DNA of 64,000 nucleotides from Sedimentisphaerales bacterium (GTDB taxonomy: Bacteria; Planctomycetota; Phycisphaerae; Sedimentisphaerales; SM23-30), in the NCBI GenBank assembly GCA_963666285.1, contig OY762711.1. One strand, written 5' to 3'. The notes below the pieces were generated by a model. That model was not told the origin of the DNA. It searched no databases and saw only the letters and a list, made by a program, of their open reading frames with translations. The position numbers and the translations under genes were made by a program. Below, in pieces: positions 21,334 to 30,711 of the stretch (position 1 is its first letter; each line of letters starts with the position of its first letter).

Positions 21334-22608
21334 TTAAACCACCGCCCCCTCAATCACTTCCAAGGTCTTTTCTATATCAGCTTCACTATGTGCATCGCCA
21401 ATAAAAAACGCCTCAAACTGACTCGGCGGCATAAGAACTCCGCCACTCAGCGTACCGCGATAATATTCGCCAAATTTCTCTGTATCACATGTCGCAGCAT
21501 CTTCATAACTTACAACCGGCTCGTCGGTAAAATATAAACATGCCATCGAACCTACTCGCTGATACTGGTAACTCAATCCTTTCCTATCCAGAATATCTCG
21601 CACTCCCGCCTCCAGCATCGCTCCCATACGCTCCAGATTATTATAAAACTTCAGCATATCCCACTCTATAACCTTCAGAGTCGCCAACCCCGCCGCTACC
21701 GATACCGGGTTACCGCTCAATGTACCTGCCTGGTATACCGGACCCGCCGGTGCCATCATCTCCATTATCTCACGCTTACCGCCAAAAGCGCCCACTGGCA
21801 TACCGCCGCCAATTACCTTACCCAGGGTCGTCAAATCACCCTCCACGCCGTACAACTCCTGCGCACCACCAGGCGCCAACCGAAACCCCGTCATTACCTC
21901 ATCCATTATCAGCAGTATCCCGTTCGCCTCGGTCACCGCCCGCAGCTTCTGCAAAAATCCGTCCACCGGCGGTATCACGCCAGCGTTACCTATTACCGGC
22001 TCAATTATCACCGCCGCTACCTGGTCCGGGTTATTCGCGATCAACTCCTCCACCGAACCGATATCATTAAACTTTGCGATTAGCGTATCTTTTGCCGCTC
22101 CCTCTGTCACACCCGGCGAGTTTGGCACACCCAAAGTCATCGCACCAGAACCGGCCGCCACCAAAAAACTATCTGCATGGCCATGATAACACCCGGCAAA
22201 CTTTATTACCTTATCTCGTTTCGTATAACCCCTCGCCAATCGCAACGCACTCATCGTCGCTTCTGTTCCACTACTCACCAGCCGCAGCATCTCGATACCA
22301 GGAAAGAAATGCATAATCTTCTCTGCCAGACGAATCTCGTTCTCAGTCGCTGTACCGAAACTCAAACCGTAAGTCGCAGCCTCTATCACCGCAGCTATTA
22401 CATCCTCATGCGTATGACCCAGTATAGCTGGGCCCCACGAACCGATATAATCTATATACTCACTACCGTCACTATCCCATATCTTCGAGCCCTTCGCCAA
22501 AACACTAAACACAGGTTCTGCTCCAACACTCTTAAACGCTCGAACCGGACTGTTTACACCGCCCGGCATAACTTTCAACGCTTCTCTATATAACTCACTA
22601 TTACTCAT
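21334..22608 (-). CDS. hemL: Glutamate-1-semialdehyde 2,1-aminomutase
   Basis: MPGGVNSPVRAF, SSGTEATMSALRLARGYT, GCYHGH, DEVMTGFR, LGKVIGGGMPVGA, YQAGTLSGNP; GAGGAG RBS before ATG 22608. Confidence 0.96.
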   Translation of the reverse strand: MSNSELYREALKVMPGGVNSPVRAFKSVGAEPVFSVLAKGSKIWDSDGSEYIDYIGSWGPAILGHTHEDVIAAVIEAATYGLSFGTATENEIRLAEKIMHFFPGIEMLRLVSSGTEATMSALRLARGYTKRDKVIKFAGCYHGHADSFLVAAGSGAMTLGVPNSPGVTEGAAKDTLIAKFNDIGSVEELIANNPDQVAAVIIEPVIGNAGVIPPVDGFLQKLRAVTEANGILLIMDEVMTGFRLAPGGAQELYGVEGDLTTLGKVIGGGMPVGAFGGKREIMEMMAPAGPVYQAGTLSGNPVSVAAGLATLKVIEWDMLKFYNNLERMGAMLEAGVRDILDRKGLSYQYQRVGSMACLYFTDEPVVSYEDAATCDTEKFGEYYRGTLSGGVLMPPSQFEAFFIGDAHSEADIEKTLEVIEGAVV

Positions 22609-22681
22609 ATTATACTCCTCTATGTTATTTCTTCTAACAGGCACATTTCGACAACCTGTACCTATGTGCTATTCCTGTCAT

Positions 22682-24595
22682 TTAATCCGATAGCTGATCA
22701 CCCGAAACCGGGTTCTCACCTAAATATATCGTCGCGCCTAAATTTACTTTCTCGTTTGCCTTCAGGTCTAGATCAAATCCTATAAATTTAATATCTCTAT
22801 TTTCTGCATCCCAACTATTCTTCGGTTCTGCTGAATATATTTTTAGCAGAACCGGTATTGGCTCTTTACAGTCTTCGCGATAATAAATATACTTGCCGAC
22901 CAGCTTAACCTTCTTATCGCCCTGACTTAAAACTGCTTCATTTTCTGCAACTAAATCTATCTCTGCTTTGGTTGCCATCTGCCAACGAACTGTCACAGGC
23001 TCTTCTCCAACTTCAATTGTATCTCCAATACTTACCTTCGTACCATCAAAATATATACCGCCATTCCTGACAACACTTTTAATTTCACCTGAATATAGAT
23101 CGCTCATGTCAATAAATGCTGACCTAACATTTTTTTTATCAGAAAATAGCAATATCTCACCAAACCCCTTAACATTCTGATACTTACCATTTACCGTCAG
23201 CGTATTATGCGAGGTATTATTATAACGAAATATCTTCCACCTGTCGCTGCCCTGGCTGCTATTCCATAAACTCATTCCAAGCTGCTCGATCTTATTATAA
23301 TTCTCCGGCCCCAGATCCCACGCCCAACGCTCGCCCAAAGCATCCAGCACAAACGAACCGACATCCATATGACCATGATTGCTGCTCGGCGTCCCGCCTT
23401 TTATACCCAGGTACACCGCGTCATCATCCCAACCGCTGCGAAATATCGCAATCGGGTTCCTGCCCTTGGCAACATAAGCCAATTTCTTCGGTTCCCCCCT
23501 CTTATCTGTCTTCCAAAGCAAAGTCAACACACTCGTCCTCTCCTTCACCAGCTCCGTCGGCTTATCATTAATATACTTATCCCACAGCTTATCCTGCCAC
23601 CATGCAACCGAAGCGTCTCCCGTCTTCCTCGCAAACCAGTACACCGTCGGATTAAAGCCGCCCCTGCTCCCGCAATCGGCATAATTCCAATACAGACCGG
23701 TCGGACCCGTTGCAAACAGATAATAATCGGCACTCTTCAAAAAACTATCATTATCACCCAAACCAAAATCAGCGCCCAAAACTGAATCCAGCGCCGCCAG
23801 CATAATCACATTAAATGTTGTGCCATAACTCCAATACCCCGGTCCCTCAGGATACGCTCCGTCCGGCTCATACTCCGCCATCGCCTTCTGAACCTTATTC
23901 ACCGCTCGATGCACAATATACTCAGACAGCTCCTTCTCATCTTCCATCACCGCCAGCGCCCCGCACACCATGCCGCCATGACATACCTGGTTCCAGTTAT
24001 TCTCTGTATTCACCCACCATTGAGACTTACCGTTCCTATCCAAAGATGCCTTCAGACCCTTCTCTACTATCGCACTTTCTATCTTAGCACGCATCGCTTC
24101 ATCCATATCATTATAAAGCCAGTCATAACCAATCGCCAGCGCCGTTGTCATCTCTCCAACATCCAAAAAATGGCTCGGGTTCCAATCACTAAATTCGCTC
24201 ACCGCCAGCATCTCCGCCACACATCTGTCTTTATACTTTTCTTCTCCCGTTACCCGATACGCCCAACTCAACAGCATCACTCGCCCCAATACCTCACGCG
24301 ACACACCCAGCAGCCGTTTACCCGTCAGCTTACGCTCGCTCACTCCCTTCGTCAAATAAGAATCTGCTCTATCAAGCAATGCCTTATTATATTTCGCTAA
24401 ACCACTGTCCTGACCTATCCGCTGTTTCAGTTCCGCCAGCTGATCATTATCAACAAACAACCTCGGATGGCTCTTGCCCGCCTTCGCCATAGCATCTGCT
24501 ACTGTATCTTTAGATATATCATATGCCTTGCCTTCCGTTATTGACACAAAACTGGCGATAACCAATAAACATACTGCTAATAATCTGATTCTCAT
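22682..24595 (-). CDS. Secreted heparinase II/III-like (DUF4962 + Hepar_II_III) lyase
   Basis: Signal peptide, HPRL, WNPSHFLDVGE, NNWNQVC, YPEGPGYWSYG, HGHMDVGSF, HNTLTVNG. Confidence 0.85.
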   Translation of the reverse strand: MRIRLLAVCLLVIASFVSITEGKAYDISKDTVADAMAKAGKSHPRLFVDNDQLAELKQRIGQDSGLAKYNKALLDRADSYLTKGVSERKLTGKRLLGVSREVLGRVMLLSWAYRVTGEEKYKDRCVAEMLAVSEFSDWNPSHFLDVGEMTTALAIGYDWLYNDMDEAMRAKIESAIVEKGLKASLDRNGKSQWWVNTENNWNQVCHGGMVCGALAVMEDEKELSEYIVHRAVNKVQKAMAEYEPDGAYPEGPGYWSYGTTFNVIMLAALDSVLGADFGLGDNDSFLKSADYYLFATGPTGLYWNYADCGSRGGFNPTVYWFARKTGDASVAWWQDKLWDKYINDKPTELVKERTSVLTLLWKTDKRGEPKKLAYVAKGRNPIAIFRSGWDDDAVYLGIKGGTPSSNHGHMDVGSFVLDALGERWAWDLGPENYNKIEQLGMSLWNSSQGSDRWKIFRYNNTSHNTLTVNGKYQNVKGFGEILLFSDKKNVRSAFIDMSDLYSGEIKSVVRNGGIYFDGTKVSIGDTIEVGEEPVTVRWQMATKAEIDLVAENEAVLSQGDKKVKLVGKYIYYREDCKEPIPVLLKIYSAEPKNSWDAENRDIKFIGFDLDLKANEKVNLGATIYLGENPVSGDQLSD

Positions 24596-24749
24596 ATTAA
24601 AACCTCACTAAATTTCAACTAATTGCCAAAAAACAATACGACTATTTTACCAACCATTTAAACATTTGTCCAACCTCTATCCGCCAGCCACAAAAACAAT
24701 TCCACCATTACCATTTTACGCCTCATCATTTCTCCCCTCTACCCTTTTA

Positions 24750-24976
24750 CCTCTTACCTCTCACTTCTCTCTTCTCTCTTATTTTGCGTCAGCTTTAAAA
24801 CAATTCGTAAGCCGCCAGGCGAACATCATAATTTTTCATTTTTCACTATTCATTTTTCATTTCCCCTCTTACCTCTCACTTCTCTCTTCTCTCTTATTTT
24901 GCGTCAGCTTTAAAACAAGTCGTGAGCCGCCAGGCGAACACATTAACTCTTCGCTCTTCGTTCTTCACTCTTCACT
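24750..24976. repeat. Tandem pair (115-bp period) of the composite intergenic repeat with 7-bp pyrimidine tracts
   Basis: CCTCTTACCTCTCACTTCTCTCTTCTCTCTTATTTTGCGTCAGCTTTAAAACAA starts at both 24750 and 24865, each followed by CGT(A/G)AGCCGCCAGGCGAACA. Confidence 0.85.
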
Positions 24977-24978
24977 CA

Positions 24979-26406
24979 TCAATATTTCCTCCCCAAAGCT
25001 TCATAACTATTGCCAAACCGGTTCACAAAAAAATACCGCAACGCATCTATCAAATGGTCATGCTCGCCATCTTTCTCTGGCATTTCACTTAACCCGCCGT
25101 CTACCTTTTTATACCTCAACATCTGCAGCGCCTTTATCAGCCGCTTACACTTCGGATCTATCAGCAGCCGAACTATCCCATCACCACTCAGTATATAACT
25201 TCTTATCAGCTCTATCCCCTCCAATACCCTGCTCGACCGACTCTCACAACATATTCCAAAACTTACCAGTTCATCCACCACCGAACTGCCCGTTACATCA
25301 TTACGCTGCCGACCAGCCGGGTCACAATAATTTCCTGTTACCGGCCACCGCCATTTCCGCTTAATCATCTGAGCATGTTCCGCTATCGTCTTCCTTACCA
25401 TTACATGCTCGTCCAGCACCTGTACTAAACCGCCTTTCACCTGGATAAGCAAACATACCAGCGGGTTACTATAGCCAAAATCAAAACTGCGGTACAACTC
25501 AGCTCCCGCGTCATAACTCATCCGGTAAACATGTCGATTAATATCAAAGTCGTCAAATACCTGGTCACTTGCCCCTGGACGCAAACACATCATCTCACTC
25601 TGCCACCCGCGACTGCTGCCGCGACGCTTCTGAGAAATCGCGTCATCTATACCAAAGTACCCTTCACAATCCTTCGCCCTACCCCGACAATCCTCCGACA
25701 AATAACATTGAGAACATTCCCTGTCCACACACTTCTCCAATATCTCCATCAGGCACCATCGGAATAACTTGTAGCCTCCCTCTCCCGCACCTTCCACCAG
25801 TTCCGACATCAAACCATAAGGCATATGCATCGTACTCATTGCTTCCAGACGACCGGCCAGGCTTCCCTTACTCTGCGTCACATACTGAGCCGCCTGCCAG
25901 ACACTCCTGTCAAATAGCTCAACCTCATCACAACGTAAACGCTGAACATGTTGACCCCGAACACTGCTCTGCGACTGGGTCAATACCTGAACCGTCGATT
26001 GATTAGAAAACTTACACCCGTTCATCGTTAACTTATCTTTAAGAAATTCTGTATAGTTCATATCCAGCATTTCACGAAAGTAACTATACATCTGCTGAGA
26101 CTGCTGCATAGAACCGCCTAAAATCCTTATATCACAATTAGGATTGAATACACAATCTAGTAAACTTGCTATTGCCCCTAACTTCGTTTTCCCTCCTCCC
26201 CTGTTTGCCCATACTAACACATCGCCCCTTTGGGCGTCTCCTTCCAAAAACACATAACTCAAATAATCCAGCGGACTGTCATGACAGTCACATATTTTCT
26301 TTCCTGGCACACGCACCCCGCAAAATAAATCGCAATACATCGCCAGCTCATCACGATTTTGCGGCCTGTAACACTTGATTTGTTTTTCCGACCCACTCAA
26401 TTGCAT
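24979..26406 (-). CDS. Phage terminase large subunit-like protein
   Basis: Walker A ANRGGGKT, RG...Walker B LRCDEVE, nuclease motifs SFDFGYSNP, CDPAG, DHLIDALRY; GAGGAG RBS 8 nt before ATG at 26406. Confidence 0.88.
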   Translation of the reverse strand: MQLSGSEKQIKCYRPQNRDELAMYCDLFCGVRVPGKKICDCHDSPLDYLSYVFLEGDAQRGDVLVWANRGGGKTKLGAIASLLDCVFNPNCDIRILGGSMQQSQQMYSYFREMLDMNYTEFLKDKLTMNGCKFSNQSTVQVLTQSQSSVRGQHVQRLRCDEVELFDRSVWQAAQYVTQSKGSLAGRLEAMSTMHMPYGLMSELVEGAGEGGYKLFRWCLMEILEKCVDRECSQCYLSEDCRGRAKDCEGYFGIDDAISQKRRGSSRGWQSEMMCLRPGASDQVFDDFDINRHVYRMSYDAGAELYRSFDFGYSNPLVCLLIQVKGGLVQVLDEHVMVRKTIAEHAQMIKRKWRWPVTGNYCDPAGRQRNDVTGSSVVDELVSFGICCESRSSRVLEGIELIRSYILSGDGIVRLLIDPKCKRLIKALQMLRYKKVDGGLSEMPEKDGEHDHLIDALRYFFVNRFGNSYEALGRKY

Positions 26407-26441
26407 TTGTTCCACTCCTCATTCACATGTATAATTAATAT

Positions 26442-26573
26442 ATGACTAATTCAAGTCCTTTGTCTATCTTTGTTAACTGGTGTGCTTCAATGCCGGTCTG
26501 GGTATACCTTCTGGCAATGCTTACCATTATCATAATTGTCGTTTTCCCGACCGTTTGGCGAAAAGACAACTGA
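26442..26573 (+). CDS. Putative 43-aa single-pass membrane peptide (antisense, possibly leaderless)
   Basis: MTNSSPLSIFVNWCASMPVWVYLLAMLTIIIIVVFPTVWRKDN; TTGTTC-17 bp-TATAAT ends 6 nt before the ATG. Confidence 0.4.
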   Translation: MTNSSPLSIFVNWCASMPVWVYLLAMLTIIIIVVFPTVWRKDN

Positions 26574-26744
26574 TTCTTTTCGTTCTTACACCAATTCCAT
26601 AACTATCTATATTCTCATTACTAATACAACAATAACCGATTTCATATCTGTTATTACTCTTCAACAATAAGCTCTATAATAAATACAGGTTTTTCCACTA
26701 GAACAAATTGGTTTTTATCTACCTCAGTAAATACCTTTACTGTA

Positions 26745-27167
26745 TTACTGCTCTTTCACTTTCTGCTCAACATTACTACCCGCTAATTTATACAGCATTT
26801 CACGTGCTTCTTCTTCTGATAATTCACAACCCGGCTGTTGTGTTTCTCCTTCACTCAACTTGATTTTTTTCAATACATCCTGGCATCGGTTTAAAATATC
26901 TACCGCTGCTTTCATCGCAACTTCATCCTTACCGTCAACCAATAGCAATCCAAGTTTGCGAACTGCTTTTACACCATACCCCGCCAACTCTATCTCTGAT
27001 TGCTTAACACACTTTTTGAATAATACTTCCAGATATCTGACAAATTCTTCATTTTCATACAGTTTTACCAGCCTTTCATAGCTCATATTATGAAATCTGC
27101 ACGCTTGACGCTCTTCCAAACCCTCAAATAGCTTGCCCGCTACGTTCATCTCCTGACGTGTCAACAT
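26745..27167 (-). CDS. Putative terminase small subunit / phage HTH protein
   Basis: 140 aa, directly upstream of TerL. The helical pattern AVRKLGLLL...EVAMKAAVDILNR resembles phBC6A51-type HTH/TerS proteins. Confidence 0.55.
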   Translation of the reverse strand: MLTRQEMNVAGKLFEGLEERQACRFHNMSYERLVKLYENEEFVRYLEVLFKKCVKQSEIELAGYGVKAVRKLGLLLVDGKDEVAMKAAVDILNRCQDVLKKIKLSEGETQQPGCELSEEEAREMLYKLAGSNVEQKVKEQ

Positions 27168-27243
27168 AACTCGTTCTCCTTACAAATTAAATTTTCTTTA
27201 CTCTCAACCGTTACCAATCTCCTGAACGCTCCCAAACCTACTC

Positions 27244-27768
27244 CTATCTCTTACCTCTTCCTTCTCGCTTCTCGCTTCTCGCTCCTAACTTCTTCTCTCT
27301 CTCTCTCTTCCACAAATAATAATTCTCTTCCTCTCCAACCTTTGCCATCCCTGCCCTCTCCAGAAAACCGCTCCACCTCCCCATCTTCGCAACCGTATCG
27401 ATAAACCGAACACCCACCATAGGCATCGTCACTCTCACCAGTTTTGTCCCCAAACCCGCACCGCGATACGACGGAGCTATCACAATCCGCGACAATCGCC
27501 GACACTCTCTGTTCAAAACCGTCATCTTCAAACCTTTGTCAAAATGTAAATAATAGTCTGACAAAACCTCATCTCTCATCCGGCAATTTGCTTTCGGATA
27601 CGTATAAACAACTATACCAACCTTTCGCCTTACTTCGCCATAAATATGCAAAAACAAATATACCTTGTCTACAAAATACAATCGCTTATCCGTTCGATAA
27701 TGATACCGCCTGAACAACTCCCAGTCCCTTACCGAACCGCGGACTATCTCATATTCGCCCAACATCAC
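27244..27768 (-). CDS. GNAT acetyltransferase (COG2401-type C-terminal module)
   Basis: YHYR, LSRIVIAPSYRGAGLGTKL acetyl-CoA motif, TVAKMGR...FLERAGM; 4-bp overlap with the upstream ATPase. Confidence 0.8.
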   Translation of the reverse strand: MMLGEYEIVRGSVRDWELFRRYHYRTDKRLYFVDKVYLFLHIYGEVRRKVGIVVYTYPKANCRMRDEVLSDYYLHFDKGLKMTVLNRECRRLSRIVIAPSYRGAGLGTKLVRVTMPMVGVRFIDTVAKMGRWSGFLERAGMAKVGEEENYYLWKREREKKLGARSEKREGRGKR

Positions 27769-28364
27769 TCAACCTCCAAATACTCCGCCAGCCTGTCATT
27801 CACTCCCGCCAGTACAAAACCAAAACCATATTCCTTCGCCGCCCGGCATATATTAGCACACAAGACCGAACCCGATACTTCATCCAGACTGCTGCAAAAC
27901 TCATCTGCCATTATCAGCTCCGGCCTAATACTCATCGCCAATGCCAGCCGAAACCGAAACTGCTCGCCTACACTCAACATATCATAACTCGCCATCATAA
28001 GGTACACTTCCGACAAACCCACCTTACACAGCCACCCCATAGCCTCGTCCAGCGAAACATCCTTCATACTGTCAACCAGCGAACTCTCTCTATCAAACTC
28101 CAAATCTTCTACGTCACAAACCTTATAGCCATCATCTCGCAGCCGCACCTTCAACTCTCGCATTATCGAGCTCTTTCCCCATCCGCTTCGACCGCAAATG
28201 TATGTAACCTTACCGAGACCGACCTTCACCTTGAATCTCTTTACTACCTCCCGCCTGGTGACCAGCCCGCCAACCCCAAACATCTCCGCTAACTTACTTC
28301 CTCTCACTCCCGCACCTGCCCTCAATTCATAATCAATATCTATCTCATAACTAACCATAACCAT
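27765..28364 (-). CDS. Stand-alone ABC-type ATPase (COG2401-type N-terminal module)
   Basis: Walker A GRSGWGKS, signature LSVGEQFR, Walker B IMADEF; no permease gene nearby. Confidence 0.82.
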   Translation of the reverse strand: MVMVSYEIDIDYELRAGAGVRGSKLAEMFGVGGLVTRREVVKRFKVKVGLGKVTYICGRSGWGKSSIMRELKVRLRDDGYKVCDVEDLEFDRESSLVDSMKDVSLDEAMGWLCKVGLSEVYLMMASYDMLSVGEQFRFRLALAMSIRPELIMADEFCSSLDEVSGSVLCANICRAAKEYGFGFVLAGVNDRLAEYLEVE

Positions 28365-28488
28365 CTCCTATCCCCATACCAGCGTCAGTCTGTATATGTT
28401 TTATAGCCCGCGATTTCAGCCGTGGGTCAACAGACTTCACAATAATCCATTAACTACTCTCGCCGCCAGACAATCAACTTCCAACTTC

Positions 28489-28908
28489 TCACTGGAAACT
28501 CCTGGCTTCAGCCAAAAGTTTTCTAACCTTATATTCACTCACTCCATATTTACTCGCCAGCTGACGATAACCCGTACCATCAACCAGCTTATCATACAGC
28601 AGCATACCGCCCAGCCCCTTACTCTTCCTCAATCTCAAGACAAACTTAAACGATCGCTTACCCGTCAGCAGTCTCTTCAATCTCGAATAACGCATCGAGA
28701 CCGTTCGACTGCTTGCTCCCGTCAACTCTGCTATTCGATTAAAACTCATCCCGTAACTCAACACCATCTCCAGCAGCAGCCGGTCTTGCCTTCGCAAGAT
28801 CTCCGACCGACGCTGCAGATCCTCAATTTCGGCTCGTGTACCCAATCGGCAATCTTCAAATACCAACTCATCTTCAAACTTCAACCTGCCCATATCATCA
28901 CACTCCAA
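28489..28908 (-). CDS. Double-HTH / sigma-70 region 4-like regulator
   Basis: LRRQDRLLLEM...GMSFNRIAELTGASSRTVSMRYSR and a second HTH GYRQLASKYGVSEYKVRK. Confidence 0.65.
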   Translation of the reverse strand: MECDDMGRLKFEDELVFEDCRLGTRAEIEDLQRRSEILRRQDRLLLEMVLSYGMSFNRIAELTGASSRTVSMRYSRLKRLLTGKRSFKFVLRLRKSKGLGGMLLYDKLVDGTGYRQLASKYGVSEYKVRKLLAEARSFQ

Positions 28909-29087
28909 TCTTGTGCACTCGCTTCAAATCACCGCCAAAAACTCTAACAGTTTTGCCTAACACACTTAAAAACCGTCTTCACGCTCAAAACTCACTCTTA
29001 CATTAAATTATCATCCTGTAATCCTGTCATCCTTCCTAACTCTTGGTTTTTCTAACTTACATCTTTTGTTAATTATCTATATAACAT

Positions 29088-29116
29088 ATTCTACGCCCCA
29101 TAACACGGTTCGTCAA
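29088..29116 (-). promoter_or_regulatory. sigma70-type promoter of the terminase operon
   Basis: Minus strand TTGACG-17 bp-TAGAAT. Confidence 0.7.
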
Positions 29117-29157
29117 ATAAAAATCATATTTTTTTTCAAACATAATCTATAAGTTTG

Positions 29158-29186
29158 TTGACTATCAAACATTTACGTGCTATATT
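29158..29186 (+). promoter_or_regulatory. sigma70-type promoter of the repressor gene
   Basis: TTGACT-17 bp-TATATT, back-to-back with the minus-strand promoter. Confidence 0.7.
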
Positions 29187-29328
29187 TTTTATAATGATAC
29201 ATGGAAATAATATTTTTAACCCGTACAAACCAACTTGTGCGACAGCTTTAAAATATCTTCCCGATGAACATCGGGAAACCTCCTTTACACTTTTTATTTT
29301 ACTCTTTACATTTTAAAGGAACAAGACT

Positions 29329-30102
29329 ATGTCCCTAGGCAAAGTACTTAGACAGCAGCGCGAAAAACTTGGCATTACCCTCGACGAACTCGCCAGGCTT
29401 ACCGACTTCAGTAAACCATATCTGTCAACCGTAGAAACCGGCAAGGTCAAAAACCCGCCCAGCGACGATCTGCTCGTCAGGCTCGAACAGCATCTAAAAT
29501 TCGAAAAAGGGTACCTGCTCCACATGGCACATATGGAACGCGTTCCGGCAGATATCAAACACACTATCGAACACAACGAAGCTGAAAACAACCGCCTTAA
29601 GAGCATCATCAAGGACCTCATAAAGTCAGACTCCGCCAAACCAAGCTCAAAAAATAAAAAGATTCTTGCCAATATTACTTCAAAAGGTACCGAGCTCAAA
29701 CAGCCGCGAAACCTGATACCTATCATCAATAAAGTTTCCGCAGGCTACCCAGCTGACTATTCCGATCTCGACTACCCGCCAGGCGGCGCCGACGATTACG
29801 TACGATGCCCGGACCTCAACGACCCAAACGCATTCGCCGTCCGAGTCATCGGCGACTCCATGGAACCTAAATTCCACGAAGGTGATATCATTGTCTTCTC
29901 GCCCGCACGCAAAGTCGAATCAGGCGACGACTGCTTCGTACGTATCAATGATCCTTACGAGGCTACCTTCAAACGAGTTTACTTCGAAGACAACGAAACT
30001 CTGCGACTCCAGCCGAGAAACCAGAAATATTCACCAATCTTCATGCCCGTCACCAAGATCAGCGGACTGTGGAAAGCCGTCATGCGCTACGAACAATTGT
30101 AA
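29329..30102 (+). CDS. CI/LexA-like repressor (XRE HTH + S24 autopeptidase)
   Basis: N-terminal HTH LRQQREKLGITLDELA...SKPYLSTVETG; Ala-Gly cleavage site VSAGYP; catalytic GDSMEP and TFKR. Confidence 0.92.
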   Translation: MSLGKVLRQQREKLGITLDELARLTDFSKPYLSTVETGKVKNPPSDDLLVRLEQHLKFEKGYLLHMAHMERVPADIKHTIEHNEAENNRLKSIIKDLIKSDSAKPSSKNKKILANITSKGTELKQPRNLIPIINKVSAGYPADYSDLDYPPGGADDYVRCPDLNDPNAFAVRVIGDSMEPKFHEGDIIVFSPARKVESGDDCFVRINDPYEATFKRVYFEDNETLRLQPRNQKYSPIFMPVTKISGLWKAVMRYEQL

Positions 30103-30258
30103 GTAACACATGCACCTCCGCTTGTGAATAAATTAAGCTCGCTGGTACTCTCGTGGAAACACCCCCTGATCAGCTTCGAAAACTAACCAGTTACAAGGTA
30201 GTAAGTTTAAAAATAACCTCTAATAACATAAATATTACACAAGATTGAGAAAACCAAT

Positions 30259-30711
30259 ATGAAAAAGTTCCCACTCGGCTGCTTCTTTACATTTATAATT
30301 GTCGCATTATTATTCTCTATCCTGTTCCCTGCATTACAGAAAGCGAGTGAAGGTGGTCTCGGACCAATGTATCGCTACATCTATACAGAAGATCTTCAAA
30401 AGGAATTCGATAAAAATGGAAAACTTCCAGATGTTATTAAGTTCGATGATAACGAAATATTGAACTATTACCCTGAAAACTGGGACAAAGCTGATAAGAT
30501 ACTCGTATTCTATAAGGTATATCTAAATTTTGGACACGTGAAATATGTTATCGGCATGGGCAACGGCGACTACATTGTAACAGATGAAGATATCGCTATT
30601 AAAAAAATATTAGACAACTTCGACCTGACATACAAAAACACTGAAGAAGATGAAAATACCTCTGACACCAAAAATGAAAAACAACACGGCGGACCAATAC
30701 GATTAAAATAA
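30259..30711 (+). CDS. Hypothetical membrane-anchored protein
   Basis: N-terminal hydrophobic helix ending ILFPALQKA (pilin/DUF1559-like). Confidence 0.6.
   Translation: MKKFPLGCFFTFIIVALLFSILFPALQKASEGGLGPMYRYIYTEDLQKEFDKNGKLPDVIKFDDNEILNYYPENWDKADKILVFYKVYLNFGHVKYVIGMGNGDYIVTDEDIAIKKILDNFDLTYKNTEEDENTSDTKNEKQHGGPIRLK

Noticed and set aside
24666..25364. 232-aa plus-strand ORF, and similar ones at 31708, 44831, 48060
   Set aside because: They read through intergenic repeats (FHFSLFIFH, IIPDVNVHQD) or are antisense shadows favoured by the G-poor + strand
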